The translations under genes and the position numbers were made by a program. Positions 37,960 to 49,687 of a stretch of DNA of 64,000 bases are shown here, piece by piece. Within the stretch, counting starts at the first letter, position 1, and every line of letters starts with the position of its first letter. The stretch is from Camelus ferus. Its lineage: Eukaryota. The stretch is from contig NC_045697.1 of assembly GCF_009834535.1 (NCBI RefSeq), positions 54,004,001-54,068,000 of the forward strand, written 5' to 3'. The notes under the pieces are model-generated. The model was not told the origin of the DNA. It ran no database searches and worked only from the letters and a program-made list of their open reading frames with translations.

Positions 37960-39770
37960 TTTTCAGAAATTTTGCTGTTAACTGTAACACAGAAAACAGA
38001 AGACTATATACAGATCAATAAATTGTCACAAAGTGAACAGGCATATAATTACCACCTAGTCAAGAAATAGTGCTTTGCCAGCATCCCAGAAGCCACACTC
38101 TCCCAATTCCCCCCAATCAATGTGCCTTTTTCTCCACAAAAACAAATGGTATCCTGAACTTCTAACTCTATACATCTAACAGTCATTGACTATTACAGAA
38201 ATAAAATCATTTAGTGTATATTATTTTGAATCTAATCCTTTCGTTTGAGAATCACTTATGTTTCTGCATGTATCTGAAGTTCTTTTACTTAAAGTGCCGT
38301 GGAACATTTTGTTATGTGAAAACACCACAAAGTTTGTAGCTACTCTAGTGCTGATGGACATCTGAGTTGCTTCCCCTTCGGGGTTATCATGCATAGTGTA
38401 GCTGGGAGTGCCCCTCCACATCATTTTGGTGCACATATGTATGCTGCTTCTGGTGGGTTTAGAACAGGAGTGAAATTGCTGGGTTGCTATGCATGCCCAC
38501 ATTCTGTTTTAGTAGAAACTGTCAACTAGTTTTGTCGCCGATAGGTGCAACTGGTGTTCCAGGTTCTTGTCCCGCCCCAGAAAGAATTTAGAGACAAGAC
38601 TTAGAGGTTAAAAAGGTAAAGTGAGGCTTTATTAAAGTATGGATAGTACACTCTCAGGGGAGAGTGGGCAGGCTCAGGTGAGCAGCTGCCCTGAGTTTCT
38701 TTGGCAAGTTAGTTACATAGGGTGTAAAAATGAATGGGCGGAATATTCATTGGGGAGGGAAGGGTTTGGGGTCGTATTCCCTGACTACACCTTCCCAAAG
38801 GGAGGAGGGATTTTTGTCCTTATTTAGTCTGGATCGGAATAGTCATGGTGTCGGTGCATGATGGGTACTTCTGATCTGCAAGGCTAATTTTATTGAAATG
38901 AGGGCATAATGAGTAAAAGGTTACATTCGGACATTGGAAATTCCTGCCTTTTCTGACCTTTCTTTGTTGGTCTCCAGGCCAAAAGATGTGGCCCCTTATC
39001 AGCTCAAAGATTCCAGCTTTTCTTTCTCTGCCCAGGGATCCCTGCTGCTCACAGGATGTGTGGTTTCCTTCATTTGGCCTGTGCCCCTCCTTTCTGCCCA
39101 ATTCCTGCCATTTGGTCTGTGTCCCCCTTTCTCTGCTCATACCTGCTATCTGCCTGCTCTAACAGTTTCCCCAAGTGGCTGACCAATTCACACACCTGCC
39201 AGCAGTGATTTATTAGTTCCTCTTCCCCAACCCTTGTCATTATTACTTTTTTTTAGTTTAAGCCAAAATGGTCAATATGTAGTGATTTTAATTCCAATTT
39301 CCCTAATGACTAATGAGGTTGAATATCTTTTCATATGATTATAAATATCTATATACTTTTCAGAATTGCATATTCAAGTTTTGCGTTCTATTAAGATGTC
39401 TGTCTTTTTCTGACTAACTTAGAGCTGTGCTTTATCTATTCTTGATAAAAGTCTTTTGTCAGGTAAATTTTTTGCAATATCTATTCCAGTCTGCAGCTTG
39501 CCTTTAACTTTCTTAATGTGTCTTTTGATAAACAGGAGTTCCAAATGTAGTCCAATCTATCAATCTTTTCTTTTACGGTTAATACTTTTTAATACTTTTT
39601 GTAAAAAGTGAGAACTGTGCTCTCTTCAAGATCATGAAGCTTATTTCCTAAATGATCTTCTAAAGTTTTATTATTTTACCTTTTACATTAGGATCTATGA
39701 TCTTCCTATAGTAGAATGCCATGTAGGGGTCAAGTATCATTGTTCTTTTCATAAAGATATCCAATTCAGA
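37960..39770 (-). mobile_element. Old L1M 3'/ORF2 relic, split by a younger LTR
   Basis: gtagaaactgtcaactagttt|ccccaagtggctgaccaatt...ccagcagtg rejoins across the LTR into an L1 ORF2 motif. Confidence 0.65.
38533..39164 (-). mobile_element. Relatively young solo LTR, 632 bp (ERV1 class by TSD length)
   Basis: TG...CA ends; perfect 4-bp TSD GTTT (38529-38532 and 39165-39168); minus-strand AATAAA at 38628-38633. Confidence 0.85.
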
Positions 39771-42700
39771 CATTAGGTATATATGTACACTTAGGAAGTT
39801 GCCTTTCAGAGGCCCATCTCAAAGTGTGGTGGGTTTCCCAACCACCCTTACCCAGTGCAGGCCCTGGATTCCAAGTTTTGATGCTGTTGCCCTGATCCTA
39901 TCATATGTCCTACTCAGCTCTGGCGTCCTCTTTCAGAAATAGTAGCTCCAAATGGCAGGCTAACTAACTTCTTTGGGTTTATCTTCACCAAGATCTTGGC
40001 CTGGAATTCATCATCTTGTTAGCTCTATGAGCTCTTCAAAAGAATTTTCAACTATTTCTTTTAGCCATCTTTCTTGCTATACTTATCAGAAGTGTTGTTC
40101 TGAATTGCTTAGTCCATCATTAGAAGAAATACCAGTCCCATATATTTTTGAAAAATTAACCTTGATTTTACTACTCACTGTCTATGTGACCTTTGACAAA
40201 TAAACTCTCTGAAGTTCAATTTCTTCATTTATAAAGTGAGAGTGATAATATTTATCTCATAGAATTGTTGAAAAAATTAATATGAAATAGTTACTTAGTA
40301 ACATTGGAAGACACAATATAAGGCCACTAGTATCCCTTCAATAAATAGCAACTATTATTTTTTTCATATTAGTGATAATAATTATTAAGATGATGAAGAG
40401 TATATGAGAAATATATGAGTCTCTATCTACCACACTGCCTTGAGCTCCTAATCTAAAAGTGATATAAAGTTAATCTGACAACATTTATTTTAAGTGAACA
40501 AACATAGGCTTCAAGTAATGATTGTTTCCAATTTTTAGATTTGACCAAGCCATACTTTTAATAATTTATTCTGGATTTCTTTTTACCCAGAATTATTAGA
40601 TTGAGTGGCAAATGATTTTTTAGTAACAACTTCTTTCAGTTAAAAAAGTAGACTGTTATCTCCACTTTCGTATTCTTCATATTTTATGAGTCATCAAAAT
40701 TATATAAACATTAGCTATAACACTGCAAACAATTTCATTCGTAAGTACCTTTTGTACCTAGGGATGTAATCCATCTTACAAAAAACTGAAACTCATTGAA
40801 TAGCAATTTAGTCTCTTACAATCTTTTAATTAATGTAGGCTTCAGTTCACTGTGTTACAAGGGTTGGCAAGGAATGTCAATCTCCCCTAAATTTTCGTTA
40901 GTAGGAACAGAATATATAACGAAATTATATTTTTAGCAACAAAAATTAACAATGCACAAGAAATGACATTTTTAATCTAGAGGGTTTATAGGAAGTAAGT
41001 AGGCACTCAAGTACCAGAATAGTAGGATTTAACACATATGTGTCACTTATTGAGTAACAGACCTATTGAGTATATTACCCAGGTTCCCTGAGAATACAAA
41101 GGTAGTTTCCTAGTAATGGACTCATGCATTCTATACATAGAAAATACTGTAGCTCCCATTCTAAGTTAACTACCTGACACCTTGGTCAAAAAATATGCCA
41201 TGAGTCTAATAAATATGAAATAATTCCTTAGAGCTGGATCTTGATGGGCTATTGATAAAACTGAGCTTCTCATTTTTCTATTTTTGAAAGCTAGGTCCTG
41301 TTAGAAGTGAGCTTATCAAGGAACAACGTCATTAAAAAGGCCACTGTTAGCTCGCCAGATAAGCTAACCCAAAATATTATTGCAAATGCAAAAGAAAACA
41401 GTATGAATAAGCGCTAAATACTATGTAGAAATAAAAGAAAGAAGAGGCCCTTGCTTGCTGTTTCATGTTGTAAGAATCAGACAATGAGACTGTAAGTGCT
41501 TATTGAAAACCTGAAATGTATGGAAAATTAGTATAAGATATAAACCCTATACTTTAGGGTCCTATAAGATTCTTGGGGAAAAAGTATGGCACAAACAGAA
41601 CAATAAATAGTATTAGTTGTTACGAGGCATGTGCAACTTCGTGACAGAAAATAATAAAATTAAGGTGGGCCAGTCAGTAGAGAGTCTTAAGGCGTATTTG
41701 AAAGATTTTGAAAAATTTGAAAATAAATATATTTGAATGCAAATATCATGGTAAAGCTTTGGGTGAAAATATAAACCCAGGAAGAGGAAGTGCTGTCATG
41801 TGGTGGATAATATCAGCTGCTACATAGCACTTGATAATTCTTATCCAAGCTTAAGACACTGAGACTTTGTAATTGAACTGAAACTGGGACATGCAATTTA
41901 TAGGATGTTCTTAGAACACACGTAAATTCTAAAATGTACTCATGTAAAGGATGATGATTCAATAAGACCAAAAATTTAACATGACGTGTGTTTCTCCTTT
42001 ACAACTGACAGGATTTTTGTGGCAATGGTGCCAAGAGGAGAAAACTGGTGTAAGCACTGACATTTAAGGCTTTGTCCAAGATGGAAGAAAGGCTTATACT
42101 GTTTCAGCAGCAACACTGTTTATTCATGGAATGTTGGAGAACCACATCAATCCACAGTTGCGATTTTTGACATTAGAAGCAAATCAAAAAAGAAAAAAGA
42201 AATGCATATGAGATGATTGATATCTAGTATAAATACATTACATACATCAGCTTTAAATCTTTGTCTTGTTTTACAAAGATAAAATGACGGTGTCATATAA
42301 TGTCTATATGAGTCAGATTATATTTCTGTTAGCTGTTTCAACATATGAATTTCGGAATCGTAGTTAGTTGGTAAAGTGAAAGTTTATTTCAGGTTTGTGC
42401 AGAGTTCAAAATGTGGTATTCTTGAAGGGCAGGTAGCAATTCCTATACTGGTGATTATATCAGTTTTAGAAACTTGAATTTTTTTCCTTAAGATTTTTTT
42501 CACTTCATGTAACTTTAAAATTTTATGTGTAATAAAACAGTTACTTCCCAACTTGTTTTATAAGGCCAACATAGCTTTTTTTTTTAACATTTTTTATTGA
42601 TTTATAATCATTTTACAATGTTGTGTCAAAGTCCACTGTTCAGCACAATTTTTCAGTTATTCATGGACATATACACACTCATTGTCACATTTTTTTCTCT

Positions 42701-42893
42701 GTGAGTTATCATAACATTTTGTGTATATTTCCCTGTGCTATACAGTGTAGTCTATTCTACAATTTTGAAATCCCAGTCTATCCCTTCCCACCCTCCAACC
42801 CCCTGGTAACCACAAGTCTGTATTCTCTGTCTGTGAGTCTATTTCTGTCCCTGATTTACGCTTTGTTTTTGTTTGTTTGTTTGTTTTTGTTTT

Positions 42894-45800
42894 TTAGATT
42901 CCACATATGAGCGATCTCATATGGTATTTTTCTTTCTCTTTCTGGCTTACTTCACTTAGAATGACATTCTCCAGGAGCATCCATGTTGCTGCAAATGGCA
43001 TTATGTTGTCGGTTTTTATGGCTGAGTAGTATTCCACTGTATAAATATACCACTTCTTCTTTATCCAGTCACCTGTTGATGGACATTTAGGCTGTTTCCA
43101 TGTTTTGGCTATTGTAAATAGTGCTGCTATGAACATTGGGGTGCAGGTGTCATCCTGAAGTAGATTTCCTTCTGGATACAAGCCCAGGAGTGGGATTCCT
43201 GAGTCATATGGTAAGTCTACTCCTAGTCTTTTGAGGAATCTCCACACTGTTTTCCATAGTGGCTGCACCAAACTGCATTCCCACCAGCAGTGTAGAAGGG
43301 TTCCCCTTTCTCCACAGCCTCTCCAGCATTTGTCATTTGTGGATTTTTGAATGACGGCCATTCTGACTGGTGTGAGGTGATACCCCATTGTAGTTTTGAT
43401 TTCCATTTCTCTGATAATTAGTGATATTGAGCATTTTTTCATGTGCCTTTTGATCATTTGTATGTCTTCCTTGGAGAATTGCTTATTTATGTCTTCTGCC
43501 CATTTTTGGATTGGGTTGTTTATTTTTTTCTTATTGAGTCGTATGAGCTGCTTATATATTCTGGAGATAAGCCTTTGTCGGTTTCACTTGCAAAAATTTT
43601 CTCCCATTCCGTAGGTTTTCTTCTTGTTTTATTTCTGGTTTCCTTTGCTGTGCAGAAGCTTGTAAGTTTCATTAGGTCCCATTTGTTTATTCTTGCTTTT
43701 ATTTCTTCTAGGAGAAAATTTTTTAAATGTATGTCAGATAATGTTTTGCCTATGTTTTCCTCTAGGAGGTTTATTGTATCTTGTCTTATGTTTAAGTCTT
43801 TAATCCATTTTGAGTTGATTTTTGTATATGGTGTAAGGGAGTGTTCTAGCTTCATTGTTTTACATGCTGCTGTCCAGTTTTCCCAACACCATTTGCTGAA
43901 GAGACTGTCTTTATTCCAATGTATATTCTTGCCTCCTTTGTCAAAGATGAGTTGACCAAAAGTTTGTGGGCTCATTTCTGGGCTCTCTATTCTGTTTCAT
44001 TGGTCTATATGTCTGTTTTGGTACCAGTACCATGCTGTCTTGATGACTGTAGCTCTATCGTATTGTCTGAAGTCTGGGAGAGTTATTCCTCCAGCCTCTT
44101 TCTCTCTCTTCAATAGCGCTTTGGCAATTCTAGGTCTTTGATGGTTCCATATGAATTTTATTATGATTTGTTCTAGTTCTGTGAAATATGTCCTGGGTAA
44201 TTGGATAGGGATTGCATTAAATCTGTAGATTGCCTTGGGCAGTGTGACCATTTTAACAATATTGATTCTTCCAATCCAAGAGCATGGAATATCTTTCCAT
44301 TTTTTAAAGTCTTCTTTAATTTCCTTCATCAATGGTTTATAGTTTTCTGTGTATAATTCTTTCACCTCCTTGGTTAGATTTATTCCCAGATATTTTATTA
44401 CTTTGGGTGCTATTTTAAAGGGGATTGTTTCTTTACTTTCTTCTTCTGTTGATTTATCGTTAGTGTAAAGAAATGCAACTGATTTTTGAACGTTAATTTT
44501 GTAACGTGCTACCTTGCTGAATTCTTCAATCAGCTCTAGTAGCTTTTCTGTGGACCTTTTAGGGTTTTCTATATATAGTAACATGTCATCAGCATATAAT
44601 GACACTTTTACCTCTTCTTTTCCAATTTGGATCCCTTTTATTTCTTTCTCTTGCCTGACTGCTGTGGCTAGGACTTCCAGGACTATGTTGAATAGGAGTG
44701 GTGATAGTGGGCATCCTTGTCTTGTCCCAGATTTTAGTGGGAAGCTTTTGAGTTTTTCACCGTTGAGTACTATGCTGGCTGTAGGTTTGTCATATATAGC
44801 TTTTATTATGTTGAGATATGTTCCCTCTATACCCACTTTGGCGAGAGTTTTTATCATAAATGGGTGTTGAATTTTATCAAATGCTTTTTCTGCATCGATT
44901 GAGATGATCGTGTGGTTTTTGTCCTTTCTCTTGTTGATGTGATGTATTACACTGATTGATTTGCGTATGTTGAACCAGTCTTGTGTCCCTGGGATGAACC
45001 CCACTTGGTCATGATGTATAATCTTTTTTATGTGTTGTTGGATTCTATTTGCTAAAATTTTGGTGAGGATTTTGGCGTCTATGTTCATCAGTGATATTGG
45101 CCTATAATTCTCTTTTTTTGTAGTGTCTTTGCCTGGTTTTGGTATCAGGGTGATGGTGGCTTCATAGAATGAGTTTGGGAGTATTTCCTCCTTTTCAATC
45201 ATCTGGAAGAGTTTGAGAAGGACTGGTATGAGTTCTTCTTTGTATGTTTGGTAGAATTCCCCGGTGAAGCTGTCCGGTCCTGGACTTTTATTTGTAGGGA
45301 GGTTTTTAATTGCTATTCCTATTTCCTTTCTAGTGATCGGATTGTTCAAGTGTTCAGATTCTTCTTGATTCAGTTTTGGTGGACAGTATGTTTCCAGAAA
45401 CTTGTCCATCTCCTCTAGGTTATCCAGTTTGGTTCCATACAGTTTTTCATAATATTCTCGTATGATATTCTGTATTTCTACTTTGTTTGTTGTAATTTCT
45501 CCATTTTCCTTTCTTATTTTGCTAATTTGTGCTCTCTCTTTTTTCTTCTTTGTGAGTTTGGCCAGAGGTTTGTCGATTTTATTTACTTTTTCAAAAAACC
45601 AGCTTTTGGTTTGGTTGATTTTTTTCTATGGTCTTGTTAATCTCTATTGTATTTAATTCCTCTCTGATCTTTATTATTTCCTTCCTTCTGCTGCTTTTTG
45701 GGGCTTTTTGTTCTTCTTTTTCTAATTCATTCAGGTGGTGGGTTAAATTGTTTATTTGAGATTGTTCTTCTTTTTTGAGGAAGGCCTGTATCGCTATAAA

Positions 45801-46691
45801 CTTCCCTCTTAGCACTGCCTTTGCTGTGTCCCATAGGTTTTGAGTGGTTGTGCTTTCATTATCATTTGTCTCAAGGTATTTTTTAATTTCAGCTTTGATT
45901 TCCTCATTGATCCATTGTTTTTTCAATAACATATTGTTTAATCTCCATGCTTTCCTTTTTTTCTCCTTTGTTTCTCTGTTGTTGATTTCCAGTTTCATGT
46001 CATTGTGGTCAGTAAAGATGCTTGAGATAATTTCTATCTTCTTAAAATTGTTGAGGTTTCTTTTGTGCCCAAGTACATGATCGATCCCGGAAAATGTTCC
46101 ATGTGCACTTGAAAAGAATGTATATCCTATATTTTGGCGGTGTAATTCTCTGAAAATATCCACCAAATCTAGTTTTTCTATTGTAGTATTTAATTTCTCT
46201 GTTGCCTTGTTTATTTTCTGTCTGGAAGATCTGTCTAGTGATGTTAATGCAGTGTTAAAATCTCCAACTATGATTGTATTCCCATCAATATCCCCCTTTA
46301 TCTCTGTTAGTAATTCTTGTATGTACTTAGGTGCCCCTATATTGGGTGCATATATATTAACGAGTGTAATATCCTCATCTTGTATCACTCCTTTAATCAC
46401 TATAAAATGTCCTTCTTTATCTTTCTTTGTGGCCTTTGTTTTAAAGTCTATTTTGTCTGAAATCAGTACTGCAACACCTGCTTTTTTGGCTTTTCCATTT
46501 GCATGGAATATCCTTTTCCATCCTTTCACTCTCAATCTATATGTGTCCTTCTCCCTAAAGTGGGTCTCTTGTATGCAGCATATTGAAGGTTCTTGCTTTA
46601 TTATCCAGTCTGCCACTCTGTGTCTTTTGACTGAAGCATTTAGTCCATTAACATTTACAGTAATTAATGATAGATGTGTGTTTATTGCCAT
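42894..46691 (-). pseudogene. L1 ORF2 endonuclease/reverse transcriptase (disrupted)
   Basis: NVNG, QET, GDFN, TDH (EN); QGCPLSP, YADD (RT); CWRGC..HCWWEC. Lesions: +1 A at 45619-45625, Trp-to-TGA at 43997-43999, -1 nt near 43570. Confidence 0.93.
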
Positions 46692-47093
46692 TTTGAACTT
46701 ATCTTTGCAGTTGAATTGGTATATCCTCTTTGTTCCTTTCTTCTTCCTTTTGTGGTTTGGTAATTTTCCTTTTATTATTATGGATTTTATTTAATTTTGT
46801 GACTCCTTTGTAAATTTTTGGCTTGTGGTTACCCTTTTTTGTAAATCTATCAACCCATTACTATAACTGTTCTTATTAAACTGATAGTAACATGATCTCA
46901 AACCCATCCTACTGTTAAAAAAATTTTAAAAAGAAAGAAAAAGATATTCTATATTTCCCTGCCTCCCTCTCCCACTCTCAGTGATTTGTATGTCTTCTTT
47001 TATAATTTCATGTTTACTTTATTTGTAATTCATGAGTTATCACCTTTCCAGTTGTGTGTTTCTCATTTCTGTAGCATCCTGCTGCTTTTCTAT

Positions 47094-47992
47094 TTAGAAT
47101 AGCCCTTTCAATATTTCTTTTAACATGGGTTTAGTGTTGCTAAACTCCTGCAGCTTTTTTTTTGTCTGTGAAACTCTTTATTTCTCCTTCTATCCTCAAG
47201 GATAGCCTTGCTGGATAAAGGATCCTAGGCTGCATCTTTTTTTCATTCAGGGCTTTGAATATATCTTGCCACTCCCTTCTGGCCTGTAGTGTTTGTGTAG
47301 AGAAATCAGCTGAGAGCCTTTGAGGGTTCCCTTGTAACTTACTCTTTGCTTTTCTCTTGCTGCCTTTAGAATCATTTCTTTATCTTTAACTCTGGCCATC
47401 TTGATTATGATATGTTTTGGTGTGGGTCTATTTGGGTTCTTCCTGTTTGGGACCCTCTGAGCTTCCTGTACTTGGATATCTGATTCCTTCTTTAAGTTTG
47501 GGAAGTTTTCAGTCATGATTTCTTCAAAAACCTTTTCAATCCCCTTTGATCTTTCTTCTCCTTCTGGGACCCCTATTATGCGAAGATTGGGATGCTTTAT
47601 ATTATCCCATAGGTCCCTTATGCTATTTTCATTATTTTTTATTTGCTTCTCTTGTAGTTCTTCTGAATGGGTGCTTTCTATTGCCCTGTCTTCTAGATCA
47701 CTAATTCGTTCCTCTGCATTATCTAGTCGGCTTTGCACAGCTATTAGATCATTCCTCATCTCTGTCAATGAGTTTACCCATTCTACTTGGCTCTTCTTTA
47801 TAGCTTCGATTTCATTTTTGACATATTTTATATCTCTAAACACTATCTCTTTTAATTCCTTCAGCAATTCGATCACTCCTTTTTTGAAATCTTGATCTAG
47901 TAGGCTATCGATGGCTATTTCGTTGATCTTTCAGGGGATTTCTCTTGTTCTTTTAATTGGGAAAGGTTTTTCTGCTTCTTCATCTTGCTCAT
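47094..47992 (-). pseudogene. L1 ORF1 (frameshifted)
   Basis: ATG at 47992 (MSKMKKQ) and TAA at 47094; RLDNAEERISDLED and NLRIIGVPEGEE motifs; frame breaks near 47930, 47320 and 47160. Confidence 0.88.
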
Positions 47993-49669
47993 ACCTCTCC
48001 GGCACTGTGGTTTATGGAGTATCAGTTGTTTATTTTGGTCCTTAAGGATTTTATCTATCTGATGCCTATTTAGGAATAGAACTTAGGAAAAAAAGAAAAA
48101 AAAATAAGAGAGAGAGAGAAAGAATTTTAAAAGAAGGGAGAAAGAGGGTTTGAAAACAGTGTATAATGAATAATAGAAGAGTGAGTTGAAGCAGAGTATT
48201 AATCGTGTTGAGACGTCCTTTTGAAACTTTTACAAAAAAAGGGGGGGGGGGAGGTGAATAGATGTATTTGAAACCTGTGTCTAATGAATAGCAGGACATC
48301 AAAACCCAAGAGAAATAGAAATGAATTAAGAAGTAAAAATTAAGAGAGTAATAGAAAAGAGAACAGGTAAAAACAGATTTTAAAAAAAAGGGGGGGGGGT
48401 GTTTGTCGGTGTTCTCCTGGAGTCTGTGTGCTTTTAATGTGAAGTCTTTCTGTCTTTGTCTCCTGTTTTGGAAGCTCAGCTTACTGTTTTCAGAGGCCCT
48501 CCGTTGGCGCCCTCTTCTGTGCTGCTCCCAGCACCTGTCGGCAAGCAGATCGCGCCTCATCCTAACACTGGGTCAGGTGCAGCTCTCTGCTGTGGGTGGG
48601 CGGGTCGCTGCCCCTCCGGATGCCGCAGTCAGATGTTGCAGACTGGCTGGGTAGGAGGGCGGGTCGTGCCCCCTCCCAGCACCTCGGTCAGGGGCTGTGT
48701 TCCTGCCCGAAAGGCGGGGGGCCGCTCTCGCTCTACCTGCGCCACCGCCGGTAGCTCCGCTACTCTGTGCGGCTGCGCACTCTGCCCTGGTCGGCGCTCC
48801 GCCCTGGTAGGCGCTCCGCGGGTGGGCTCGGGGAAGACCGAGGGACAGCCCTGTCCCTGCTCCGAGCGAAAACCCAGCTCCTTGTTTGTCTTTGTGGAGC
48901 AAGTTCTCTGAGGGACCAGGATGGAGGATCCTATCTGCCCCAGGCTGCAGGCCAGTCTGTCTGGCCTTTGAGGCTGCTAAGCGCTTCGGTGCGGATGCAG
49001 GTTTCGCCCCTGCCTCTGCCTGGGTGCTAAGTGCCGGAGTATATGGCGGCTGTGCCTGAGCTCTGCCTCTCTTCCCCCAAAAACTTTCCGTGGGTTTTCA
49101 GAGATGGGGGTGTGCACCCTTCCCCCGAGAGCACATCAACCTTGCTGTTTTATGGAGGGCCCAGGTTGTTCTGCCCTGTGCACCCACAGCCACGGCGCGC
49201 AGCCCCTTGCGTTCCCCCGGGGCTGCCTCCGTGCAGCCGTCCCCGTCCTCCGCCCGGCTTGTGCAGCCTGGCCCTGCCCGCCGCTGCCGGCCCGCGTCTC
49301 AGGCTGGGTGTCGGGGGGACGCTGTGTGCCCGTTTAACTTAGTTCTGTCAGTCAAGGGCTGCTCTGTACAGATCCGAGCCTCGGAGGCTCCCCCTCCGTC
49401 CCGCTGGCCTCTCAGTTGGAGAGGGGAGACCCAGCGAGCCAGCGCTAGTCCTCCTTTGCCGCTCCCTCCCCGCGGGCCCCGTCCGGTGCTGCTTTGCCTT
49501 TTGTTCTTTCTTTTTTCCTTTTCTCGTACCAGATTTTTGGCGTCTTTATCTTTTGAAGAGGGCGATGTTCTGTCGGAGTTCCACAGGTGCTCTGGTTGGC
49601 TGAGTGGGTCTGTAGATGTGGGTCTTGGTGTATTTGTGGTAGAGGGTGACCTGCAAGCGTCCTTCTACT

Positions 49670-49679
49670 CCGCCATCTT
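49670..49679 (-). promoter_or_regulatory. YY1 motif at the L1 5' end
   Basis: CCGCCATCTT (AAGATGGCGG on the L1 strand) 8 nt from the element start. Confidence 0.75.
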
Positions 49680-49687
49680 TTCCGTCT

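Larger units (their letters stand above)
42576..49687 (-). mobile_element. Full-length LINE-1 (~7.1 kb), disabled
   Basis: CpG-rich 5' UTR, ORF1, ~400-nt spacer, ORF2 (EN, RT, CCHC), AATAAA, short A tail; TSD ccaacatagcttt at 42566-42578 and 49688-49700. Confidence 0.97.

Noticed and set aside
43396..47895. Long + strand ORFs (e.g. 43443..43955, 46207..46794, 47515..47895)
   Set aside because: Antisense shadows of L1 ORF1/ORF2, not independent genes.
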